This document shows, in pieces, positions 39,475 to 46,958 of a stretch of DNA of 64,000 nucleotides. A program made the position numbers and the translations under genes. Location: NCBI GenBank assembly GCA_003229305.1, contig QIDH01000056.1:3777-67776 (forward strand), written 5' to 3'. The stretch is from Acidimicrobiia bacterium. GTDB taxonomy: Bacteria > Actinomycetota > Acidimicrobiia > Spongiisociales > Spongiisociaceae. The number at the start of each line of letters is the position of its first letter. Positions within the stretch are counted from its first letter, which is position 1. The notes under the pieces are model-generated. The model made no database searches, was not told the origin of the DNA, and saw only the letters and a program-made list of their open reading frames with translations.

Positions 39475-40956
39475 TCACATACCGTCCAGTTCCGCATGGC
39501 AGCTCGCGCAGGATCGCTCCCGCCATTTCAGGACATCGTATGGATGCTCGAATTCCAGGCCACTGCCCTCGAGGTCGAGTAGCACTCCATTTGTGCCGAG
39601 GCCCTGTCCGATGATGAGGTGACACAAATTGCATTCGTTGGAGATCACCTCACCGTCCTGATCGGCTTTCTCACCATCGTGGCATCTGAAGCACCCCTCC
39701 CATGAAAGGTGCCCAATGTTGTATTGCCTGACCCGGTAGTCGGTCTTCATCTCTGGGAAGAAGTTGACGTCATAGATGTCGATCAACACTCGAGCTGCTT
39801 GCTCGATCTCCGCTGGATACCTATCGGTGGCGTCCGGGTACTCGGCCTCGTAGAAATCATCGAGTCCGTCCGGGATCCCCTGATGGGCGGCATCACGATC
39901 CTCGTAGCTGTCGAGAAGGACCTGCATGGCGATGTCCTTGATCTCGGGGAGCACATCCGGGATCCGTCCGTCGGCTAGAGCATTGTTGATCGACCGGGCA
40001 GCGGGCTCCAGCGGGTGGGCGGGCCGGTTGTGACAGTCGAGACAGTCGAAACGCCGGATTTCGGTGTCTGGGTCGTTCAGCCGAGGGATGTAGTCACCCG
40101 GAGTTGTGTAGATGCGCTCAATCCCGTCCTCGTCGATCACCCGCACCCAAGGGATGTCCTGGAGCTCGTGATCCGTGGCTATGTACTCGACGACCGTGCC
40201 GCCGCTGGTATGCCAGTGCACGCCACTGGGTGCATCTGACGCGGATCCAGCACCACCGAGATCGAAAAGGAAGTTCACCGTCCACGGGCTACTCGCATCG
40301 TCCAGGCTGTAGTACGTGGTGGTCCGTAGCTTCGTCCCCCACAAATTGTCCCTCCAGTGACACTCCTCGCACACCTGAGCTGCGGATCTCATCTCGATCG
40401 GTGTCTGCACTGGGCGATCGTACGAGTCCATCAGCACGCCCCAGAGCTGTTTCATCCCATTCACCTTGGCCTGGAGATACGCCTCGGTCCCCTGACCGAT
40501 GTGGCACTCGACGCACTTCACTCTTGCATGAGCCGACTCTTGCAGAGCCACCGCCTCAGGCTCCATTGGCGTGTGGCAGGCGTCGCCGCAGAACGACGTA
40601 GAGTCGGTTGCTTCATACGCCTTGAACCCGATGAACCCGACCACGGCCACACCGACCACGCTCAGAGAGAGGAAGAGCCATAGGCTGCGCATGTATTGCG
40701 GATCGGTCGGCTCTACTCGAAGCGTGAATCGTACCTTGTGTCCTCGCTTGCGTGCTGATACGACCTGGATGCGAATGGCAAGCAGAAAGAGGATCACACC
40801 TAGGCCGATCACCGCTGGCAGAGCGATGAACGTGATCAACGACCGGTAGGGGTTTTCTGTCTCCGCTGTGAAGTCCTGGACGACCAGGAAGACGAAGGCC
40901 ATGACGCCGGCCACGACGGTTGCGGCACCGACTGCTGCGAGCGGGTGTCGGTGCAA
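39475..40956 (-). CDS. multihaem c-type cytochrome with three N-terminal TM helices (NapC/NirT-like), 7 haem motifs
   Basis: 493 aa. CGDACH (CX3CH), CVECH, CEECH, CLDCH, CFRCH, CNLCH, CASCH. First region FCGDACHTPMEPEAVALQESAHARVKCVECHIG resembles NapC/NrfH-type quinol dehydrogenases. TTG start. Confidence 0.85.
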   Translation of the reverse strand: MHRHPLAAVGAATVVAGVMAFVFLVVQDFTAETENPYRSLITFIALPAVIGLGVILFLLAIRIQVVSARKRGHKVRFTLRVEPTDPQYMRSLWLFLSLSVVGVAVVGFIGFKAYEATDSTSFCGDACHTPMEPEAVALQESAHARVKCVECHIGQGTEAYLQAKVNGMKQLWGVLMDSYDRPVQTPIEMRSAAQVCEECHWRDNLWGTKLRTTTYYSLDDASSPWTVNFLFDLGGAGSASDAPSGVHWHTSGGTVVEYIATDHELQDIPWVRVIDEDGIERIYTTPGDYIPRLNDPDTEIRRFDCLDCHNRPAHPLEPAARSINNALADGRIPDVLPEIKDIAMQVLLDSYEDRDAAHQGIPDGLDDFYEAEYPDATDRYPAEIEQAARVLIDIYDVNFFPEMKTDYRVRQYNIGHLSWEGCFRCHDGEKADQDGEVISNECNLCHLIIGQGLGTNGVLLDLEGSGLEFEHPYDVLKWRERSCASCHAELDGM

Positions 40957-41289
40957 GGAGATGACGGGGCGAGAGGCCTCGTCATCCGGCGGATCTACAG
41001 GGTTCCGATCGTCGATGATGTGTTCCTTCCCTCGTCCGTCATGAGGTGTTTCTGGGTCGACTCAATTTGCTTTGGCGAGCAACTCCCTACGTGTTCGCCT
41101 CCTAGCCTCTCCACAATTCAATAGTACGACTGATACCTACTGATTGTACTACGTCGCCTAGCAAGCCATTTACGGTAACCATGGAGCTATTTGATGCGGA
41201 GTTCGCCCCGGTAGCTCTCCTACCAACAGGAGAACGTGGCACCAATGTTTGACAACGCGAGAGATTCATATGCTGCATTGCGGACGAGT

Positions 41290-41784
41290 TCATCGACCAT
41301 CCTGGGGGCGGGCTCTGGCTTTGCGTACCCGACGTACCTCTGAGAGCGCCAGGAGGCCAAGTATTGCCATCGTTCCAAGTGCGAGCCTGAGTTGGGTGCC
41401 AGGTTCAAGAGGCACGGAACTTCTCTCCGTGTCGAACTCGACATACCTGCTTGGCTGGATAGCCACGATGTACTCGTCACTTGATGGAGGAATGGTCGTC
41501 TTGGGCGCCGACAGTTCGGCGAGTGCATGCACGTACTCGGCAAGAACCACTACTTGGTCCTGGTTGAGCGCGGTGGTGAACCCTGGCATGTCTCCGATAC
41601 CCAGCCGGATGATCTCCACGAGCTGGTCGTTGGCGAACGGCACGTTGATTGGCATTGCCGAGGCACCTTCACCAGGAGCACCGTGGCAGGCGGCGCAGCT
41701 CGCGGCATCGTCAGGGTTGTTGACGAACGTCTCGGTACAGCGCGGATGACGCGAGAGATCCTCAACAAGGTCTTGCCTGATCAC
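41290..41784 (-). CDS. monohaem class I cytochrome c with C-terminal TM anchor, no N-terminal signal (possibly a truncated QcrC-like remnant)
   Basis: CAACHG plus distal GDMPGF. C-terminal helix LALGTMAILGLLAL followed by RRVRKARAR. A stop lies two codons upstream of the GTG start; no export signal. Confidence 0.5.
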   Translation of the reverse strand: MIRQDLVEDLSRHPRCTETFVNNPDDAASCAACHGAPGEGASAMPINVPFANDQLVEIIRLGIGDMPGFTTALNQDQVVVLAEYVHALAELSAPKTTIPPSSDEYIVAIQPSRYVEFDTERSSVPLEPGTQLRLALGTMAILGLLALSEVRRVRKARARPQDGR

Positions 41785-41834
41785 TGGTCATTCCTGCTCA
41801 GGGAGGTGATCCTCTACTGCTTCATCATCCTGGG
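41745..41834 (+). pseudogene. 5' fragment of a cytochrome b (QcrB-type) gene
   Basis: MTREILNKVLPDHWSFLLREVILYCFIILG matches the actinobacterial QcrB N-terminus (…[24 protein letters not shown]…, from memory) in about 16 of 24 positions. Similarity then ends, and no continuation exists in any frame. Confidence 0.5.
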
Positions 41835-42187
41835 CGAAGGCGTCTTCGGCCCAGCCATAGGGGCGGGTACGGATTCTGAACAGATGTCAGACACGTGGTC
41901 CAAGCAGTGGTGTTCGCCGGCATCGGCAAGATGCCATCAATGCCGGGTGTCCTCACCGAGATACAGGTCTAGGAAGTCATCGACTATATCCGGCGGGTCC
42001 AGGGAATCGGCTGGCGAAGGCAGCAAGCAGGCGCCGGTCAGGGCGACGCGAACTCGTGTCCATCGAGAGTTCTGGCGGACAGGCTCCGGGCGAATCCACC
42101 CCCAAATGTTCTACTCCCCGTGATATGATTCGCGTCACGACTCCTACGATGTCGGGCGTGCTCGATGAGGGGGTGACGGTTGTGAAA

Positions 42188-42664
42188 ATGGGTACATGGC
42201 TGGTCCTTTCTCTGCTTCTGTTCGGTGTCACAGCGTGTTCCGATGGCTCGGCCACCGCCAACTCCCTCGCGGCTACAGACAGTGACCTGGAAGGGGTCGA
42301 GTTCATCGTGCACCAGGTACCTGGGTGAGGATGCTGCCATGGGTGGGTCGGGTACCTGCAAGAACGTGGAGCCATCATCAATCTCTCCGATGATCCGCAG
42401 TTGGATGCTTTCAAAGCGGAGCACGGCGTCCCTGAAGGCGCCGAATCCTGCCACACTGCGCTGGTCGATGGATATGTTGTCGAAGGGCACGTTCCGGCCG
42501 AGGCGATCACAAAGCTTTTGAACGAGCGTCCCGACGCCGTTGGACTCGTCCTACCTGGAATGCCTGAGGATGCGCCTGGGATGGGGGGGGACCAGGAGAC
42601 GTGGGACGCTCAACCGGTCCTGTTGATCCAGAACGACGGACAGATGGTGCCCTTCGACTTCTGA
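42188..42664 (+). CDS. CopG/DUF411-family lipoprotein with one in-frame TGA (42326-42328) at the first Cys of CxCC: selenoprotein candidate or pseudogene
   Basis: ORFs 42056..42328 and 42401..42664 share one frame. The joined product MGTWLVLSLLLFGVTAC...IVHQVPG*GCCHGWVGYL...SCHTALVDGYVVEGHVPA...LPGMPEDAPGMGG is collinear with DUF411. Confidence 0.6.
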
Positions 42665-42716
42665 TCACCGACTCTCGGCATCCCGAGACAGGCTCCCCTA
42701 GAACCGGCCGCGCCGG

Positions 42717-43178
42717 TCAAGGCGCAGTCGTCGTCGTACCAGGAGGCAGGACCGTCGTGGTCGACGAAACGGGCGCAGTCGTTGTCGTACCAGGAGGCAG
42801 GACCGTCGTGGTCGACGAAACGGGCGCAGTCGTCGTCGTACCAGGAGGCAGGACCGTCGTGGTCGACGAAACGTCGGCTTGGACGTCGTGGCAGTCGATG
42901 CACGAGGCCGGACGGGCGGCATGCTCCCCGGGTTTCGGGGCGTGGCAATCCGAGCAGGTGTTGAGGTCCGCGTGCTCGTTGTGCGAGGGAAAGTGGCACT
43001 GTGCGCAGGCTGCATCGCCCTGCGTGACGAGATCGCGGTATTCGTGGGCGCCCGGTGCCGTCGAACCTTGCTGGGGATCCGAAACCGCCATGCCGACGAC
43101 GACCGTCAGCAAAAGAAAGAGGAGAGTGCCTCCGAAGACCATACCTGCCCTCGCCCAGCGTCGTGCTTCACCCCGCAC
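42717..43178 (-). CDS. membrane-anchored trihaem c-type cytochrome with Thr/Pro-rich repeat tail
   Basis: N-terminal helix MVFGGTLLFLLLTVVVGMAV; CAQCH, CSDCH, CIDCH; C-terminus is 3 x VSSTTTVLPPGTTTTAP. Confidence 0.8.
   Translation of the reverse strand: MRGEARRWARAGMVFGGTLLFLLLTVVVGMAVSDPQQGSTAPGAHEYRDLVTQGDAACAQCHFPSHNEHADLNTCSDCHAPKPGEHAARPASCIDCHDVQADVSSTTTVLPPGTTTTAPVSSTTTVLPPGTTTTAPVSSTTTVLPPGTTTTAP
42721..42873. repeat. 3 x 51-bp tandem repeat (one mismatch, at 42782)
   Basis: ggcgcagtcgtcgtcgtaccaggaggcaggaccgtcgtggtcgacgaaacg repeated head-to-tail at 42721, 42772 and 42823. Confidence 0.95.
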
Positions 43179-43714
43179 AACTCGGCCTCGGGTCGAGTGA
43201 CGCCCCGCAATGTCCGGCGTTTTGCAGAATCCGGTCTCCTAATGGCGGCGAACGGTGCAATGGACGAACCTCCCGCTCCAACGGTGTCTTGCAATGCGTA
43301 TGACACCATGGTCACACGCCTTCGATGACGACCAGGGTCGAACGGCACGATTCAGGATGGCCACTTCCGCCTCGTTGAAGACACGATCCAAGGTGATGTC
43401 GACAAGACCCGGCCCAGCGTTGAGCTAGCGCTGGACCCACCCAGGTGGACCCACGATTCGCGGGCAGAGCCTTCTGAGGCCACGTCACAACGGTTGTCGG
43501 ACAGCCGCAAGTGGGCATTGTGGCCCTACGGAAGTGTCGAGTTCTACTTCAGTATTTGAGAGTGAACACGAACCGTGGTGCAGGCAGCCTCTAGGCAGGT
43601 TGCGAGAGGTCGTATGGCCTCGGGGCAGAATCGAAGGATTCACACCGTGACACACATGGAAAGCCGATTGACGGAACCGGGGCGGCCGGTTCTTCAGGGC
43701 CCTGAGGAAACGGG

Positions 43715-45751
43715 ATGACCGCAATTATCGGTGCGGGCGCCGTTCTTGCTGCGTTCCTCGGATGCCTGGTTCTGGCGGTCAGAGGACTCACCGGCCTCTA
43801 CCGACCTCACACTGCGACACCAGGTCGGCTGCGGGCTCCGGTTCTTGTCATTTTGGCGGGTTCAGTCGTGTCCATGGGAGCACTGCAGGCTGCGCTCCTC
43901 GCTGACGATTTCTCGATTGCATATGTGGCCGATCACTCGGCATCCACGACGCCAACTCTCTTCAAGGTGGCATCGGCCTGGGGAGCACTTGCCGGAAGCA
44001 TCGTCCTCTGGGGCTTGGTGCTGGCGTTGTTCATCTGGACTGTATGGCGCAGTTTTCGATCTCGTGATGAAGACAACCAACTGTGGGCAGGAGCACTCGG
44101 GGTCATGGGGATCGTCAGCCTCTTCTTCTTCGGGCTGATGCTGAGTGTCTCCAATCCGTTTCAGGTGTGCACCGCACCCGCCACAGTTGGTTGCCTGCAA
44201 TCAACCGGAGCCGTGTGGACGCCGGCACAGGCCGCGCTGGAGGGTCTTGGCCCCAACCCGTTACTCCAGAACCATTTCTTGATGGCTCTCCATCCCCCAC
44301 TTCTCTACGTGGGATATGTCGGACTCACGGTCCCATTTGCCTTTGCCATGGCGGCGCTCCTGATTGGCAAGGGTGGGGCAGCCTGGCTCGAGGCGTCGCG
44401 CTCGTGGACGCTCGTGGCCTGGAGCTTCCTCGGCCTGGGGATAGTGCTCGGCGGGCTCTGGTCATACGAAGTGCTCGGCTGGGGCGGCTATTGGGCATGG
44501 GATCCGGTGGAGAATGCATCGTTCATCCCCTGGCTCGTAGCAACCGCCTTCATCCACTCCTCCGTAGTCCAGAGAAGGAGAGGCATGCTGCAAGCATGGA
44601 ACTTCGTTCTGGTGATCCTGGCTTTCGCAGCGACCATCCTGGGAACCTTCCTCACCCGCTCTGGCATCGTCAACTCGGTACACAGCTTCTCCCAATCAGC
44701 CATCGGTCCTGTGTTGCTCTGGTTCCTTGCCTTCGTCCTGGTGGTCTCGTTCAGCGTTTTCGCCGCCCGCATCAACGAGGTGTCGTCTTCGCCGCGGCTC
44801 GATTCCATGTTGAGCCGGGAGGGGTTCTTCCTTCTCAACAACCTCGCCCTGACCGTGTTCGCCTTCGTCGTAGTTCTGGGAACCCTATATCCCCTGTTTC
44901 TCGAGGCGGCCACGGGCGCCAAGGCAGGTGTCGGGGCCCCATTCTTCAATCGGTTTGCCATACCGATATCTCTGGCGCTGCTACTGACGATGGCATTCGG
45001 AACCATCGCTCCATGGAGGGCGGCGTCCCCTGCGCTGCTTTGGGAGCGGATCCGTGCTCCGATCGTCATCTCCCTGGCGGCGGGAGCACTTGCGGTTCTA
45101 ATGCGCTATCGCGATGGATACCTCGTCCTCGGCGTTGTCGCAGGCGTCCTTGTGATCACAACCGCGGTGCACAGGCTGTTCGAGACCGCCCGTCGCCGAT
45201 CTGTCAAGACCGACGAGAACATAGCCGTCGCTGCGGTCATGGTCCTTCGTGGCGATCGGCACTATTGGAGCGGACAGCTCTCTCACATCGGTGTAGCCAT
45301 CCTCGCGCTCGGCATCGCGCTTTCCTCGAACCTGGTTGTCAGCGGGACCTTCACAGTGAGGCAGTTCGAGTCTGTGGCCTTCGCCAGCATGGAACTCACA
45401 TACTTCGAGCCCGTGATCCGCCAAGAACCGAACAGAGAGATCCGTGGCGCGAGGATCGTGGTTTCTCGAGACGGGAAGATGGTCGGGGTACTCGAACCGG
45501 GGATCAACGACTACTTCATGCAAGACCAGACGATCGGCACGCCTGCGGTCGCGACTTCGTTCGGTGGCGACCTCTACTTGACCCTCGAACGGTTCGATAC
45601 GGACAGTGTCATATTCAAGGCCATCTGGTTCCCATATGTCTGGCTCGTTTGGGCGGGAGGTTTGCTGATCGGACTGGCTCCGGCGTGGGCTTGGTTGGCA
45701 CGCCGACCCTTCCGGGTCTTGAAACAAGTCGATGAGTCGGCAAGACAATGA
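43715..45751 (+). CDS. ccmF: cytochrome c haem lyase subunit CcmF (copy 2, NrfE-like paralogue)
   Basis: 678 aa, collinear with copy 1. Identical WWD block [20 protein letters not shown]. Confidence 0.9.
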   Translation: [678 protein letters not shown]

Positions 45752-46146
45752 AAAATCGGCTCTACCTCGTCTTGATCGGTGTGTTCTCGTTCATCGTCGT
45801 CATCGGCGTTTTCGCCGGTGATCCTTCCCCTCAGGACCGGGCTCAGGCCATAGGGTCGCGGATCATGTGTCCGGTCTGTCAGGGATCGGCGATTGCTGAC
45901 TCACCGTCGGAGACGGCAAGGACGATGATGGCCAAGGTCGAGGAGCTGGTCACCGACGGGTGGACGGACGACCAAGTACTCGTCTACTTTCGCGATAGAT
46001 ACGGCGAGAACATCATCCTCGACCCTGTCTTCGGTGGCAAGACCCTGCTCGTCTGGCTACTTCCGTTCGCAGCATTCGGTGTGGGTGCGTGGATGATTGT
46101 GCGCCGCAAGCGGACGATGCCATCGATCGTCAAGGACCCATCATGA
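45748..46146 (+). CDS. ccmH: CcmH (copy 2)
   Basis: ATGA overlap with ccmF2. IMCPVCQGSAI CxxC motif and C-terminal helix. Confidence 0.8.
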   Translation: MKNRLYLVLIGVFSFIVVIGVFAGDPSPQDRAQAIGSRIMCPVCQGSAIADSPSETARTMMAKVEELVTDGWTDDQVLVYFRDRYGENIILDPVFGGKTLLVWLLPFAAFGVGAWMIVRRKRTMPSIVKDPS

Positions 46147-46958
46147 GCGAGAAGCGGGCCAGAGAACGTCTCGAATACAAGCGAAGACAAGTCGCTCGGG
46201 ATATGGACGAGCTGGACGGTCAGGTTGAAGACGACCAGGTTGAGTCCGATACGGCAGAACGGCTTCGCTGGGTCTACGAAGAGGAACTGACCGACATCGA
46301 CGAAGCTCTTTCGACCATCGTCGACCCTCCGGTGAGAGAGGTGGCGCATCCGGAGGACAGCCAGCCTGTGCGGGGGTTCTCGTTTGCCCAGGTGGCAAGG
46401 GCAGGTGCCATGCTCGCGGTATTGACCGGACTCATCATCTGGGCCGGCACAGGTTCGGGAACGGACCCATCTGGCAGCGAGGACTCTTCACCTCTGGCGA
46501 CCGTGGAGGCGGGCGCGATCGACATTGGTTCGATGTCGGACGCGGAACTCGAGGACGCTCTCGCCAGTTTCCCCGAGTCCGCAGTGGTGCGTCTGGCTCT
46601 GGCCGACCGCCATCTTGCTCAGGGTGACCAACAAAGGGCTCTAGAACACTACCTGGTTGTCGTCACCGGAGAGGCATCGCCACAAGACAAGAGCCGGGCT
46701 CTTGCGAGAGTTGGCTACCTGTCATACGCCACGGGCCAGCATAAGTCGGCGAGGGAAACTCTGCTGGAGAGCCTCTATCTGGACGAGGACAACACCGAGG
46801 CAATGCTCTACCTGGGATATGTCCTCTTGAACGGTTTTGGGGATGAGGCTGCAGCCATCCCCTACTTCGAGAGAGTCATAGCTGATCCGTCCATGCCTCC
46901 CGAGGTGGTGGAGGCGGTATCCGCTGTCGTGGCCAATGCTCGAGGAGGACAGGGATGA
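46143..46958 (+). CDS. CcmI/CycH-like TPR protein (copy 2)
   Basis: ATG 46143 overlaps the ccmH2 stop. Same coiled-coil / TM / TPR layout as copy 1. Confidence 0.55.
   Translation: MSEKRARERLEYKRRQVARDMDELDGQVEDDQVESDTAERLRWVYEEELTDIDEALSTIVDPPVREVAHPEDSQPVRGFSFAQVARAGAMLAVLTGLIIWAGTGSGTDPSGSEDSSPLATVEAGAIDIGSMSDAELEDALASFPESAVVRLALADRHLAQGDQQRALEHYLVVVTGEASPQDKSRALARVGYLSYATGQHKSARETLLESLYLDEDNTEAMLYLGYVLLNGFGDEAAAIPYFERVIADPSMPPEVVEAVSAVVANARGGQG

Noticed and set aside
41527-42123. 198-aa plus-strand ORF as an intact gene
   Set aside because: Its first 72 codons are antisense to the monohaem cytochrome c. Only about 30 residues resemble QcrB and the rest is Arg/Ser-rich with no similarity, so only the fragment is kept, as a pseudogene.
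41785-42187. Minus-strand peptide ...RVRVALTGACLLPSPADSLDPPDIVDDFLDLYLGEDTRH* with a lipobox-like LTGAC
   Set aside because: There is no start codon in the open stretch and no hydrophobic signal region precedes the Cys. It is probably chance or a degraded remnant.
42056-42664. Treating 42056..42328 and 42401..42664 as two separate small genes
   Set aside because: They share a frame, are separated by a single TGA, and together reconstitute one DUF411 domain. The second ORF's TTG start is an ORF-caller artefact.
44083-45735. 550-aa plus-strand ORF
   Set aside because: It is an alternate frame of ccmF2. It is Arg/Pro/Gly-rich, while the ccmF frame carries the WWD motif.
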